From a virus (taxonomy: Duplodnaviria; Caudoviricetes), in IMG/VR virus record IMGVR_UViG_3300015050_000538, positions 1 through 42,707 of that record: DNA of 42,707 nucleotides; one strand, written 5' to 3'. Made by a program: the position numbers and the translations under genes. Within the stretch, counting starts at the first letter, position 1. Every line of letters starts with the position of its first letter. Positions 1-10,786 of this stretch are shown in pieces. Below the pieces are notes generated by a model that was given only the letters and a program-made list of their open reading frames with translations, did not search any database and was not told the origin of the DNA.

Positions 1-123
1 ACGCAGAAGTGTTCGCACTCTAAAAGAAAAAGCCCCAAGAACCTAAGAAGTTCAAGGGGCTTTTTTACGTCCATCTGATTCTTAATCCAGATTGTTTATC
101 ATGTAGTTCAGAGGGTCATCATC
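1..123. repeat. Terminal direct repeat, left copy (123 bp), identical to 42585-42707
   Basis: ACGCAGAAGT...GGGTCATCATC at 1-123 recurs exactly at 42585-42707; indicates a circular assembly or terminal redundancy. Confidence 0.95.
27..66. terminator. Bidirectional rho-independent terminator between the convergent late and replication modules
   Basis: AAAAAGCCCC-aa-GAAC-loop-GTTC-aa-GGGGCTTTTTT, with an A-tract and a T-tract on either side, between two convergent stop codons. Confidence 0.85.
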
Positions 124-3100
124 TCTGAGCTTGTCCATGAGAGCTTCTTTGCCACTCATATCAGTCTTGGCGATAGCTGACTTATAAGCAGACCGCCATC
201 CTGTTGGAGTGCCATTGTTTCTAAAGTACTCTTCGGCCCATCCTGCAATACGCTCAGAATCTACAGTACCGTTCCTGATAGCTGTCCGCAGTTTGTTAAC
301 CACAGCTTGTCTGTTGTCCCGGTCCACTGTTCCATAGTACTGGTTCAGATGCTGTGCCTCACGGAGCTTAGCTTCTTCCATAGGGCGCAAGGCCATCACC
401 CTAGCAATCATGCCTGTATTACTCCAGACCTCTTCAGCATTCTGTACAGTATTACCTGCCTTAGTCATGCTGTAGTCAGAAGCAAGTTCAGACATCCTAG
501 CCAGTGGCCGACTCATACTTTGCAGTGAGAGGGCCTGAAGAATAGCTTGGCCAGTATCCTGATCCCCGCTAGCTACTGCCTTGCCTACTGAGCCTACTGC
601 CTGCGCCATCTGAATAGCCATGTTAACAGCTACTACGTTATCAGCACCTGCTAGCACGTTAGGGAACCTAGGATCAACATCACCCCTAGTATAGAATGCA
701 GCACCAGTCAAGTTGCTTGGCATTCCATAAAGAGCAAAGCTAGCACCAGTATCTCCCAAGGCACGATAGGTTCCTGTGGTAAGGTCTACGTTCTCGTCCG
801 AGAAATTCTCTGCAATGGCCTTGCTTACGTAGTCAAAACCGGGCAGTGAGCTGGTTCCAAAGATCGTAGACTGCGCCATAGCTGCTTTCCCCAGCGTGCC
901 GAAATCACGCAGTTCTGCGGCCCGATAAACTCCCTGTGCAAGCGTCAGCATGTACGTTTGAAACAGGCCCATAGCCACGCCCATTGTCCCCTGAAAGAAC
1001 GCAGGTCGCTGAGACGCCGTGTAGTTTCCTAGTGCCTTATCCATGAAATCACGAGCAAAGATCGTAACTCCATTATCTCCAAGCTCAGGGTACAGACGCT
1101 TTGCCAGTGCTGCTCCAGTGTTCATCATGATCTTACGGCTGAACTGCTCAGAATTATCCGCAGTCCACGATGCCCACTCTACGACTTTAGAATCCAGTGC
1201 GTTCTCAATCTTAGCAATAGCGCCTTTCTCAAAACTGCGTGATGCACGCAGAACTTCCGAGGCCTCGGACACTAGTGGCTTGAAGTAGCCAAGCTTCTCC
1301 CACTTCTCATTGATAGACTTAAAGCGCGGAGAATTCATCTGCCGAATACCTTCGAACATGATCTGCGAAGTAGGAACTTTAGCAGTACCTCGTTGCACGC
1401 CCATGAAAGATTCTGGCATATTCTTAGCATTAGCCAAGGTAGTCAGAATAGGCATACTCATAAGGTTCACAATGGGGTGAGCCAGTTCCCCGAAGCGCAG
1501 AGCAATAGTAGCGGCAAGTGCGTTAGATGCTGTGATGATCCGCTTGCTAGTATCAGGCGTATCCAAGAGAGTAGAGACTCCATACTTCTCAATAGCTACA
1601 GCACGATCATAGACTTCGAATGGATTAACAACACCAGCCTTCTTCAGCTCCTTCTCAAACACCTCATAGTTAAAGCTCTTCATTGCCTCTGGATCAAGTG
1701 CCTTCTTCGAGGAGAAGGGATTCTTAAACCGAGGAGAAGCTGCTAGCTTAAAGGCTGTACCTACTGCATTAGCGCCCATAGACATGCCAACTTCAAAGCT
1801 CTTGTTAATGCTTCTCCAGCCCTCGTACTCACCGAGAGAAGGATTACCCAGCAACAAGTTCTTCATAGATGCAGCTGCATCCTTAGGAGCTTGAGTAATA
1901 CTCCTGACAAATGAGAGAGTCTGACCTTCTGTAGCAGCCTTGTTAATTACAGAGAAGTTATCCAGAGTATCTGTAATGTCCGAGAGTGCCAGATCAGCCA
2001 AGTTCCTTACTTGAGCATTGATGTAATGCTGATATCCACCAGCGGTCTCAGCCAGCACATCAGTAGAAATCTGAGGAATAGCTGAGGCACCAGTACCAGT
2101 CTTAGCCAAACCCAGATCAGCACGTTCCATTTGCACAGAATCAAGACGCCCATTGAGTTTACTCCACCATGCTTGATTATCTTTCTTGACAATAATCAGG
2201 TTCTCATTCTTCTGGAGCTCTGGGGAAAAGGTTCTAATAGCATCATCAAGCTCAGCCGCAGTCTTACCCCAGAGCATCTTGGTAGTATCAGCAGCACGAT
2301 CATGCACATAAGCAATGAACTTATCTACAGGATTAAAGGAAGGAATCCAGAGCCCAATGTCGCTAAGATTAGCAGAGCCAGTAATTCTCCGAGAGACAGA
2401 TGAGAGTTCATAAAGGTCTTTAGATGCCACTTGCATTTGCGTAAGAAGCTTATCCGCTGCTTCCGTCGCCACAGTAAATGGTTTGCCATTATAAGTTACC
2501 GGTTCAAGTACCATCACAGGCTTGCCGTCTTCTCCCAGCTTCTCAGCCTTCTGCCAGAACTGCTTATCCTTATAGGTTCTCCAACCTTTCAAGCCAGCGT
2601 TCAGGTTATGGGCCACAGAATATTCTGTCTTCGAGGCCAAATCCTTGGACACACCCGCCATAAATTCAGTGATAGGCTTTAGAGTAGTTGTCTCAAGATC
2701 GTTAGCTACTTTCTGGAAGTGCTTGCCTGCCATAGAGAAGATAGGGCCCAGCTCTCCCATATTCCTAGCTGCCTGATCAGCAGACGTGAGGAAACGATTA
2801 CCAGCTGCTTCGTTGGTAATCTTAGAGAGGTTCATCCGGGCAATATCAAAAGCCTGCTTCATATCTTCAAAGATGAATTTGCCAAGCTCTCGAACAGCAA
2901 GAGAGCCTGAGTTCATCATAGCCGCTGACTTAATAGCGCCATCAATGTTAGTCAGAGTACGGGCATTCAAGTTAGCAGCGCCTTGAGTGTAAGCTACTTT
3001 CTTCAAGTTACCTGCCAGCTCAATAGGCCTATTAGTAACGCGGTTAGCGGCATCTACATCAGCACTAGATTTGAATGCAGAAATCTCAGGAAGCTTCTTG

Positions 3101-4758
3101 AAAGTATCCACGCTACGATCAGAGGCAATAAACTGATTTACAGATGCTTCTGGGATATTAGCGCGCTTAGAGATAACAGTAGGAGGATAGCCTTTAGAAA
3201 TAAGAGAAGTAACAATAGCGTGCTTCTGCTCAGCCAGAGTATCTTTCAAGTCCTGCAAGGTAGCAGTGATACTAGTAGGACGAGTTACGCCATCTGCTGC
3301 AAGCGCGTCTTTACCTGCCAACTTTACAGTAGCAGAATTAGCAAGGTCTTGAGAAGTAGAAAGCCTAGAGATGATAGCTTGAACTTGAGGAACATCTCCA
3401 GGAGCAATCTTAGACTTGCTAAGGTACTCTACTAGCTTGGCGTCATCTAGTTTCTCGAAGCGCTTAACCCAAGCACCAAACTCAGCTTGTGTTGCTGCAG
3501 TAGATTTAGCAAGTGAGCTAAGGGAATATTCTACGTTAGGCACGAGACTGTTAGCAGGAAGCAAGCGATCAAGTTTCTTATCGTCGAGCTGAAGCGCTGC
3601 CATGCCAGCATAATGCTGCACGTCAGTAGAAGTACCGAACTGGCCAGTCTCAGGGAAGTACACAGATTTAACAGACTGCATCTCACCTGCTTTATTGACA
3701 GCCTTGAGTACAGGTTCTTTCATGAGCAGATTATTAATCTTGCCCATTGCCATAACTTCAGGAGCTTCGATATGCTTGATCTTTTCTACTCCCCAGAAAC
3801 CGGGACCAGCATTCATAGTGTCCATAAGCGCAAGCTTAGAAGGCTGATCTAGCTCTTTAAGCGCAGGATCAAGCATAGCTTCGAAGATCTCAAGCTGCTC
3901 CTTCTGCATCTCACGCTGAGTCTTAAGAGCATAGCCATAGGTAAGATCATCGAACTCAGTCTTACCAATCTCCTTACGAGCTTTGATGATGTTATCAAGA
4001 TTCTTGACATTCAAACCAAGAGTCTGCACCTTCGTAGCTTCTGGCATAGCTGGGCCAACAGGCTTAACTGCGCCAAGAATCTGCTGAAAGGTAGAAGTCT
4101 CTACTGCGGCTGTAGCCTTCCGAAGCTGGTAAGCATCAGAGATAAGACCAAAGGTCGAGCCAATGCCTCCGCCAAGAGCTACGCTCAAAGCAAAGTTAGA
4201 CACTGGGTCTTCCATGTAATCTTCCATGTAGCTATGAGCATTCATAGTACCCAGAATAGCAGCCTCAGCAGCCACAGCATCGGCAGTCTGATTAGCTACA
4301 GTCTTGCCACGCATACCCCAGATCAGCTGCTTGTACTTGGTAGAGTCCTTAGCGCCATTAGCAAAGAGCTCAGCTGCCGCAGCCACATCACGCTTCTTGC
4401 CTAGCGTAGTAAACCAGTTAACAGCCTTAGAGCCATTACGCATAGCATTCATACCCTTGACAGCCAAGCCGCCGGGCAGAATAGCGCCACCAATGAGAGA
4501 GGCAGTCTTAATAAGATCAGGATTCTCTTGATAGATCTTAAGAGCATCTCCGCTAATGCGGCCCAGAAGTTCTTCTGTTTGCACTTCATCAGTACCTGGA
4601 AGGGAGTTCCAAATAGATGCACCAATATCTACTGCGGTTGCAGTGACTCCACCAGTGATGGACTGAAGAATATTGGTTTGAGAATCAGAAGTATTGCTAA
4701 TGAGACCAGAATTAATCTCAGTATCGAAAGCTTCTTCACGTGGAAAAAGAGAATCCAT
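82..4758 (-). CDS. Large internal virion (DNA ejection) protein, 1558 aa
   Basis: Longest ORF, last gene of the structural operon; Ala/Gly-rich and helical with hydrophobic patches, the usual size and position of podovirus ejection proteins; function inferred from context. Confidence 0.65.
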   Translation of the reverse strand: MDSLFPREEAFDTEINSGLISNTSDSQTNILQSITGGVTATAVDIGASIWNSLPGTDEVQTEELLGRISGDALKIYQENPDLIKTASLIGGAILPGGLAVKGMNAMRNGSKAVNWFTTLGKKRDVAAAAELFANGAKDSTKYKQLIWGMRGKTVANQTADAVAAEAAILGTMNAHSYMEDYMEDPVSNFALSVALGGGIGSTFGLISDAYQLRKATAAVETSTFQQILGAVKPVGPAMPEATKVQTLGLNVKNLDNIIKARKEIGKTEFDDLTYGYALKTQREMQKEQLEIFEAMLDPALKELDQPSKLALMDTMNAGPGFWGVEKIKHIEAPEVMAMGKINNLLMKEPVLKAVNKAGEMQSVKSVYFPETGQFGTSTDVQHYAGMAALQLDDKKLDRLLPANSLVPNVEYSLSSLAKSTAATQAEFGAWVKRFEKLDDAKLVEYLSKSKIAPGDVPQVQAIISRLSTSQDLANSATVKLAGKDALAADGVTRPTSITATLQDLKDTLAEQKHAIVTSLISKGYPPTVISKRANIPEASVNQFIASDRSVDTFKKLPEISAFKSSADVDAANRVTNRPIELAGNLKKVAYTQGAANLNARTLTNIDGAIKSAAMMNSGSLAVRELGKFIFEDMKQAFDIARMNLSKITNEAAGNRFLTSADQAARNMGELGPIFSMAGKHFQKVANDLETTTLKPITEFMAGVSKDLASKTEYSVAHNLNAGLKGWRTYKDKQFWQKAEKLGEDGKPVMVLEPVTYNGKPFTVATEAADKLLTQMQVASKDLYELSSVSRRITGSANLSDIGLWIPSFNPVDKFIAYVHDRAADTTKMLWGKTAAELDDAIRTFSPELQKNENLIIVKKDNQAWWSKLNGRLDSVQMERADLGLAKTGTGASAIPQISTDVLAETAGGYQHYINAQVRNLADLALSDITDTLDNFSVINKAATEGQTLSFVRSITQAPKDAAASMKNLLLGNPSLGEYEGWRSINKSFEVGMSMGANAVGTAFKLAASPRFKNPFSSKKALDPEAMKSFNYEVFEKELKKAGVVNPFEVYDRAVAIEKYGVSTLLDTPDTSKRIITASNALAATIALRFGELAHPIVNLMSMPILTTLANAKNMPESFMGVQRGTAKVPTSQIMFEGIRQMNSPRFKSINEKWEKLGYFKPLVSEASEVLRASRSFEKGAIAKIENALDSKVVEWASWTADNSEQFSRKIMMNTGAALAKRLYPELGDNGVTIFARDFMDKALGNYTASQRPAFFQGTMGVAMGLFQTYMLTLAQGVYRAAELRDFGTLGKAAMAQSTIFGTSSLPGFDYVSKAIAENFSDENVDLTTGTYRALGDTGASFALYGMPSNLTGAAFYTRGDVDPRFPNVLAGADNVVAVNMAIQMAQAVGSVGKAVASGDQDTGQAILQALSLQSMSRPLARMSELASDYSMTKAGNTVQNAEEVWSNTGMIARVMALRPMEEAKLREAQHLNQYYGTVDRDNRQAVVNKLRTAIRNGTVDSERIAGWAEEYFRNNGTPTGWRSAYKSAIAKTDMSGKEALMDKLRDDDPLNYMINNLD

Positions 4759-4774
4759 GATCTTATCTTTCTAG

Positions 4775-6775
4775 TTAATTGCCGAACAAGTCAGCGATAT
4801 CTTGAACAGTGAGTGCATTAGCTCCTGCACCCCAGACACTACGGTACCAGTCTGCCAGCTGGCCTTTTTCCTTAGCAGCTGCATCAATACGAGCCAGGAC
4901 TGCCGCAGAATCAATGCCACCAAACACACTCTTAGATTGCTGCTGAGCTGCTTGGCGAATAGCTTCTTTGAACTCAGAGTACTTCTTCAAGCTCTCAGGT
5001 CCAGTAGCAGCTCCTACATAAGCAGTCAGCACAGAATCAATATCAGTCTTACCTGAAGTAGTAAGAGCTGTTTGAGTGGCCGCTTGGATAGCAGGGTTAG
5101 GAATATTCCAAGTAGTCACATCAGCTGCAAACTTAGCAGTCTTCTGAGCTCGGAAGGCAGTCAATGCAATATCACTACGAAGACTAGCATACTCAGCCTT
5201 TTCTTCTTTAGTGGTACCAGAAGCCAGTGCATCGTAGCGTCCAATAGCTTTTTTACGAGCAGCTACCTTATCGCCAATAACACCTGAAGTAGTAGACATA
5301 GCCCATGCTTGAACAGCAGCTGGATCATTGGCCAAGCTCTGCATGGAGCGAATCTCTTGGTCAATAACATCAGGTGAGCGGCCAGTGGCTACTGCTTCTT
5401 CTTGCACAGTCAGGGCACGAGCCAGCTTATTTCCACGAGCAGCAAGCTTGATAATGTCAGCTGGGTCAGACTGAATGAGCTCTTTGAAAGCTGGGTCATT
5501 GGTCATCTGGCGCTGAAAGTAAGCTACCATCTCACCTTGGTTATCAGGCTTGTTAGCGAGCTCAGGGTTCAGCCGAGCCATAATCATCTTTTGCTCAGTA
5601 GAAAAGCTATCAAATCGCTCAGCATCTTGAATGTCTTTGATCTCTTTCTTACGCTCAGCCTGTGCACGAGTAGTAGCATCAAGACCTTCCTGCTTTCTCT
5701 CAAGCAAGTCAATACGCTTAAGATCAGCCTCGATGTTAGAAGCTGTTGAACTCAATCGTGCAGCACTGATGTTAGACTTCTTCCAGTCCTCTGCTACTTG
5801 ACGTGCTTGTGCTTCTGCCTGAGCTACCTCATTACGAAGAGCAGCAGTGTTCTTAGAATCGCCAATACCCGGCATATAACCGGGTTGATTCATATCAAGT
5901 TCCTCAGAAGCTTGCAGACGAATCCGCATAGCAGGAAGGCCTACTTTGTTAGCTGCGAAGGTAAGAGCCTGCGATTCAATACGAGCACCTTCTTCAGCTA
6001 GAGAAGTACGAGCTACAGCAGCCAAGCCCCTAGCTTCTTCAGGAGTCTTAGCATCTCGAATCTGCTGCTGCAAGGTATCCAAGGCTGCTGAGCCAGTAGC
6101 GCTCATAGGATTAAAGCCATAGACCTGACGCTGGCTCTGTGGAGTAGGCTTTCCATCAGCGCCCACATTAGACAGCATGACCTGGCCAGTCTTCTCATCA
6201 CGAGTAGCAGTAACTCCATGCTCAGAAGTGTACTGGTTAACACGATTAACACCTCCCTTGGTATTAGCAGTACCGTCACGATAGACGTCACGGAAGCCAT
6301 CATCTCCCAAGATTTCCTTACGAGCCTTAGGGTCTTGCAGAAGCTTATCTACATCACCTTGTACACCCGCATAAGCAGCATCAATAAACATGCGCTCTTC
6401 TGGAGTTACAGGTTTATTGTAATCCCCATTGCCCATAGAGGGAGCTGCTGGAGTAGCCATAGGACCAGTCTGGCCCATTCCATTCAGAAGAGCACGGGCT
6501 GCTTCTACGGAATCAATCTTTCCAATGTCAGCCTGAAAGAATTGTCCAGACGCACGGAAGAGTGGATCAACTGCTACAGGAGCTCGTTGCCCACGATTAG
6601 TTTGACCCATGGCTCCAAGAAGAAGCTCAGCCTCACGAGATGACGTAAGATTCATAGGATCTGCTTGCATAGCAGTAGGAGAAGCCATCGAGCCAGTCTG
6701 GCCAATAGCCGACAGAAGCAACGCAACCTCCTGAGGATTACGTGCTTGCCCAAGAAGTTGAGTAATATCTGTCAT
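4775..6775 (-). CDS. Internal virion/ejection protein, 666 aa, with N-terminal repeats
   Basis: Ala/Gln-rich coiled-coil-like sequence, directly upstream of the largest virion gene; AAGGA RBS. Confidence 0.55.
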   Translation of the reverse strand: MTDITQLLGQARNPQEVALLLSAIGQTGSMASPTAMQADPMNLTSSREAELLLGAMGQTNRGQRAPVAVDPLFRASGQFFQADIGKIDSVEAARALLNGMGQTGPMATPAAPSMGNGDYNKPVTPEERMFIDAAYAGVQGDVDKLLQDPKARKEILGDDGFRDVYRDGTANTKGGVNRVNQYTSEHGVTATRDEKTGQVMLSNVGADGKPTPQSQRQVYGFNPMSATGSAALDTLQQQIRDAKTPEEARGLAAVARTSLAEEGARIESQALTFAANKVGLPAMRIRLQASEELDMNQPGYMPGIGDSKNTAALRNEVAQAEAQARQVAEDWKKSNISAARLSSTASNIEADLKRIDLLERKQEGLDATTRAQAERKKEIKDIQDAERFDSFSTEQKMIMARLNPELANKPDNQGEMVAYFQRQMTNDPAFKELIQSDPADIIKLAARGNKLARALTVQEEAVATGRSPDVIDQEIRSMQSLANDPAAVQAWAMSTTSGVIGDKVAARKKAIGRYDALASGTTKEEKAEYASLRSDIALTAFRAQKTAKFAADVTTWNIPNPAIQAATQTALTTSGKTDIDSVLTAYVGAATGPESLKKYSEFKEAIRQAAQQQSKSVFGGIDSAAVLARIDAAAKEKGQLADWYRSVWGAGANALTVQDIADLFGN

Positions 6776-6784
6776 GTTGTTTCC

Positions 6785-7132
6785 TTAACGCATTGTGTTT
6801 TTAACAGCACCTACCAAGCCTTCGCCAACTCCTAAGAAGCCTTGAAGTACCTGATCGATAGAAGGAGTAGAGCGACTACGGCCATCAACAGCTTTATAGA
6901 GCTGATAAGGGATTACAGATGCAGCAATAGGAAGAGCCATTAGAGGGTTCTCCATAGTTGCTTCTCTTGCAAACGCTCTGTGCTCATATGGACTAATCAG
7001 ATTCTGCTGCTCACTAGGCACTTTAGATCGTGCACTATAGAGTAGAGAGTGCGGAATCTGAGCTAAGTCCTTGCTGGTAAGGGAAAGCAGAGCTTCTGCA
7101 ATCCCGTCCGCAGTTCCTAGGTTGCGATCCAT
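6785..7132 (-). CDS. Hypothetical protein, 115 aa (late module)
   Basis: Fills the gap between flanking genes; AAGGAG RBS upstream. Confidence 0.7.
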   Translation of the reverse strand: MDRNLGTADGIAEALLSLTSKDLAQIPHSLLYSARSKVPSEQQNLISPYEHRAFAREATMENPLMALPIAASVIPYQLYKAVDGRSRSTPSIDQVLQGFLGVGEGLVGAVKNTMR

Positions 7133-7141
7133 AGCAGCTCC

Positions 7142-7921
7142 TTAGAAGGTGAATCCGCCGCCGTAGAGATTATTGATGCCGGGAACATCATTAAGACTCT
7201 GACTAGGGCCAAGACCTTTGACAATCTTAGCAACAATCTGGTCATCACTACGAGCAGGGCCAAAGCTAGTAGGAGCAGTAGTACGCTGAGTATTTGCATT
7301 AGCCAGAATACCACCGGGGCGAAAGAAGAAGCTATCCGTAGAAGGCATTCCCAGCGTAGAATCTGTGCGTCCGCCAGAAGCTCCAGTAGAACGACCTCCG
7401 CCACTTCCAGCTGCCCCTGTAGTATCAGCAGTCTGCTCAGACTCAGAAGCTTGCATCAGCTTGATAGCGTTCAGGATAGCTTCTGTGTTACCAGAATCCT
7501 GGCTCACCAAGCTAGCAAGAATCTGGCTAAGATTAGCACCGACCCCGCCATAACCTTGCACTGCTGCTACACCCTGAGCCGAGGCGGCTTCTGCTGCGCG
7601 AGCATTAGCATCATTAAGCAAGAGGGCTCGCATAGAGTTAGCAGAAGTACCAGATCCTTCCGCAGCCCGAGTAATGCTAGGAAGAGTCTTCTCCATAGCC
7701 TGACGCAGTGTCTGGGCAATAAGCCCCTGAGCATCTGCCAAAGCAGCTTCTGGACTAAAGCGTGCACGAAGGGCTTGGTTGGCGTTAATCTCTCCCCCAA
7801 TACGAGCCTCTCGCTGCTGCATATCAGCAGTGCCTCCAGCCATAAGCTGTTGCAAAAGGACAGACAAAGCGTCAGTGCTCTGCTGATTTCCATTAACAGT
7901 ACGAGTAGTTTGAGTAGCCAT
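7142..7921 (-). CDS. Putative small ejection/internal virion protein, 259 aa
   Basis: Ala/Gly/Ser/Gln-rich, follows the nozzle-like gene as in T7/P22-type gene orders; GAGG RBS. Confidence 0.55.
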   Translation of the reverse strand: MATQTTRTVNGNQQSTDALSVLLQQLMAGGTADMQQREARIGGEINANQALRARFSPEAALADAQGLIAQTLRQAMEKTLPSITRAAEGSGTSANSMRALLLNDANARAAEAASAQGVAAVQGYGGVGANLSQILASLVSQDSGNTEAILNAIKLMQASESEQTADTTGAAGSGGGRSTGASGGRTDSTLGMPSTDSFFFRPGGILANANTQRTTAPTSFGPARSDDQIVAKIVKGLGPSQSLNDVPGINNLYGGGFTF

Positions 7922-7926
7922 AATGA

Positions 7927-10779
7927 TTACCTCTTTCCTTGAATGATGCCACGATATTCCATGTAGCTAATATCAAAACGCCCACGAATCTCAATGTTGT
8001 GCCACTTGCCAGTAGGAAGACCGTTCAACTGAATGTTATCTTCATCTGTGTATGCTACAGATTTAGAGAATCCAGCTGTAAGATTCTTACCTTCCAGCGA
8101 GGCTTTCACAGTGACGATGCCAGTGCAAGGAGTCTTCATGTGAATTCTAACTTCTTCCAAAGCTGTCATGCCTTGGCGGTAATAACCTACTTTGCCGTAG
8201 GTAATGTAAGAGTCAGTAGGATAACCATCAAACAGTTTTAGAATCCCGCCTTCTTCTAACAGTCCACCCAGTATACCAAACCTAGCATATGATTGCTCCG
8301 ATGGACCAAAGGTGTTGATAGGCGAGTAATCAATCAACTGGCGGTGCCTTCCATTCTGCTTACCCCATTTCTTAAGATGCATGTCATAGACAAACATACC
8401 TTCGAAAGTAGGATAGTAAGGTTCTACTGAGCCATCCTGCAGAAAGAATGTACCACTGGGAATAGTAACAGACTGATCTGGCCAGTTAATAGTTACGTCA
8501 GGAGTACCAGGAATAATGAAAGGCTCAAAGGGCTCTGAGCAGAATGTCCCATCATCACTAATATCTACAGGATTCCCATTAGGTGCTTGCCTTGCATCTG
8601 ACCCAGCTGGGTAAGTAGCGGGCTCTGTACAATCTCCTGCGGGTAGAATGGTAGTGCCATCATCCCAGCCAGTAAGTTTGCAATAACCACTATCTGGTGT
8701 AGGGGCAATAGACTTCCCAATTCCTACGTTGTACACGTTAGTAGCTTTAGTAACCTGCCAACGATCTGGGATGGTGCAAACACCAGGACCTGTCACAGTA
8801 GCATCTACAGGGCACACAGTTAGCACGTTAGCACTTACTACAGTAGGAACGTTACCAGCAGTACCAAACACTTGATATGTGATTGGCTGTCCAGAACTAT
8901 TCGTAGCAGTGATACGGATATCATGAGTACCGCTAGGGATAGGAGTAGCTGGGAAGTCGGTATTCCACCTCAGAGTAATAGTAGCAATAGCATCAGTGCC
9001 AGTGTTAGTGGAACCTCCGCTACCAGATGCTTGCCAAGTAGTAGGGCCGTCATCATAAGGGACAACGTGAGAAGGTTCAAATACAGATCGCTCTGTCAAT
9101 GAGCCACGCATTCTAACGTTAATAGCGCCAATAGCATAGCGAGTCAGCCAGAATTCACAAGGACTCCAGCCGAATTGAGGCGGACTGTACTTAGTAACAT
9201 AGTCACCAAGATCACAGTTGTAGTTAACAGTAGTAGTCACTGCCGAAGATTCGTAGCGCTGCACTTGAGAAGAATGCCCACGACCGAGAATGGCACTCAA
9301 GTAACCTTTAAGAGCTGCATCTTCTAGTTGCCAAATAGCAGTCTGGGCTGCCACGAATCGTTCGATAGTCCAGCCACCTACTACATAGGCGTCTGAGCCG
9401 GCTACTTCGCGCTTATTAGTAGCATCCACTGAGGCACGATCAAGTGATCCTTCTGCGCCGGGGCTCATAGGATAAAGAGCACCTGAGGGCCATTGTGGGG
9501 CCGAGCAGGGAATAGTAACCCAGTTAATAGCATCTGGGTCACGGTTACCAGAATCGCTCAAGTAGGCAGTATAGACGGGACGGTAAAGCTTAGATGGATC
9601 CCCATCGCTAGGCTGCTGAAAAGCTCCGTTGCTAAGGCCATTAAAGATAGGACAGAAGCCTGAGCTACCTTTGGTCTGTGCATCTGCTATTGCATCAAAG
9701 ATGTTAAGATTGGCTCCCGGGAAAGTAATTGTAGTAGCAGGAATAATCTCATCCGAGAACTGTGGAATCCCGTTCACGAAATCAGGATCAAGTGAGCGAA
9801 TGCAAAGATACCGGCCCTCCATAAGATGCAAGTACTTAGGTCCTTCTGACTCGTTCAAGTAGTCTGTGACTTCAGGAACAATGATCTCAGGACGTGCATT
9901 CTCGATCTTAAACAGGCCAATATTGCTGTATGCGTAGTGGGTAGTATCTGGAATAGACGCCACGCACTGATCACGATAAGCAATACCTGCACCTGAGATA
10001 AGTGTAGTAGGTTTCCACTGGAACAGAGATTCTGACTGCTCTTGGATAAAGACAATGCTACGGGTAGCGTAGACAATGAAGCCATCACCATGGGGCCGGA
10101 TGTTTACAATACGACCCACAATAGCAGAAAACACCGAAGAACCAGCTAAGGTTTCCAGTGAAGGCTCAAAATCTTGGAAGTCATCGAGGTTAGACCATCC
10201 GATAGAATCAGCAGAGTCCCAGAAACCCAGCCTATTTCCAGCACGAAAGATTCCAAGCTGCCCATCCATATTGAGAAAAGTAGGAACCACACTAGACAGA
10301 GTGAAACCAGGAGCAGAAGCACTAGAAACAATCTTCTGATAACTTGCAAAGTTTTGGCGATAGAGATAAAGTTCATCATTGATGATCGTATAGCTCCATG
10401 CAAAATGATCTTTAGCAATGCGATCAAAAGGCATTGCCAGAGCTTGGGTCCACGCACCAGCAATATCAGCTGCCTTGTACCAGATGCCACTATCGCAGAG
10501 AGCAATCAGAATGTTCTCCATGGAGTTGTTCTGATAGATGAACACGTAATCTACCAGCTCCTCTAGTGCATCAATACCGAGAGTTTGATTGGTACCAAAG
10601 TAGCTACGATAGCCATAAGCAGTTGGCAGGAAGTTATAGCCCTGATAAGCCATGACAGGCACACGAGATTCAATATCTGTGCGCGAATACTCATGAAGGC
10701 TATCAGGAAATGCGTTAGGATTAACGGGAATGAATGTCCGAGTAACATCGATAAACCTAGTGTTTTGGTTATTAGCCAT
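7927..10779 (-). CDS. Tail nozzle/tubular protein B-like protein (beta-propeller) with a large central insertion, 950 aa
   Basis: Beta-rich N-terminus with nozzle-like motifs (GNRLGFW, IGWSNLDDF, IRPHGDGFIVYAT, FVYDMHLKKWG); positioned before the ejection genes; GAGG RBS. Confidence 0.6.
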   Translation of the reverse strand: MANNQNTRFIDVTRTFIPVNPNAFPDSLHEYSRTDIESRVPVMAYQGYNFLPTAYGYRSYFGTNQTLGIDALEELVDYVFIYQNNSMENILIALCDSGIWYKAADIAGAWTQALAMPFDRIAKDHFAWSYTIINDELYLYRQNFASYQKIVSSASAPGFTLSSVVPTFLNMDGQLGIFRAGNRLGFWDSADSIGWSNLDDFQDFEPSLETLAGSSVFSAIVGRIVNIRPHGDGFIVYATRSIVFIQEQSESLFQWKPTTLISGAGIAYRDQCVASIPDTTHYAYSNIGLFKIENARPEIIVPEVTDYLNESEGPKYLHLMEGRYLCIRSLDPDFVNGIPQFSDEIIPATTITFPGANLNIFDAIADAQTKGSSGFCPIFNGLSNGAFQQPSDGDPSKLYRPVYTAYLSDSGNRDPDAINWVTIPCSAPQWPSGALYPMSPGAEGSLDRASVDATNKREVAGSDAYVVGGWTIERFVAAQTAIWQLEDAALKGYLSAILGRGHSSQVQRYESSAVTTTVNYNCDLGDYVTKYSPPQFGWSPCEFWLTRYAIGAINVRMRGSLTERSVFEPSHVVPYDDGPTTWQASGSGGSTNTGTDAIATITLRWNTDFPATPIPSGTHDIRITATNSSGQPITYQVFGTAGNVPTVVSANVLTVCPVDATVTGPGVCTIPDRWQVTKATNVYNVGIGKSIAPTPDSGYCKLTGWDDGTTILPAGDCTEPATYPAGSDARQAPNGNPVDISDDGTFCSEPFEPFIIPGTPDVTINWPDQSVTIPSGTFFLQDGSVEPYYPTFEGMFVYDMHLKKWGKQNGRHRQLIDYSPINTFGPSEQSYARFGILGGLLEEGGILKLFDGYPTDSYITYGKVGYYRQGMTALEEVRIHMKTPCTGIVTVKASLEGKNLTAGFSKSVAYTDEDNIQLNGLPTGKWHNIEIRGRFDISYMEYRGIIQGKR

Positions 10780-10786
10780 AGTTACC

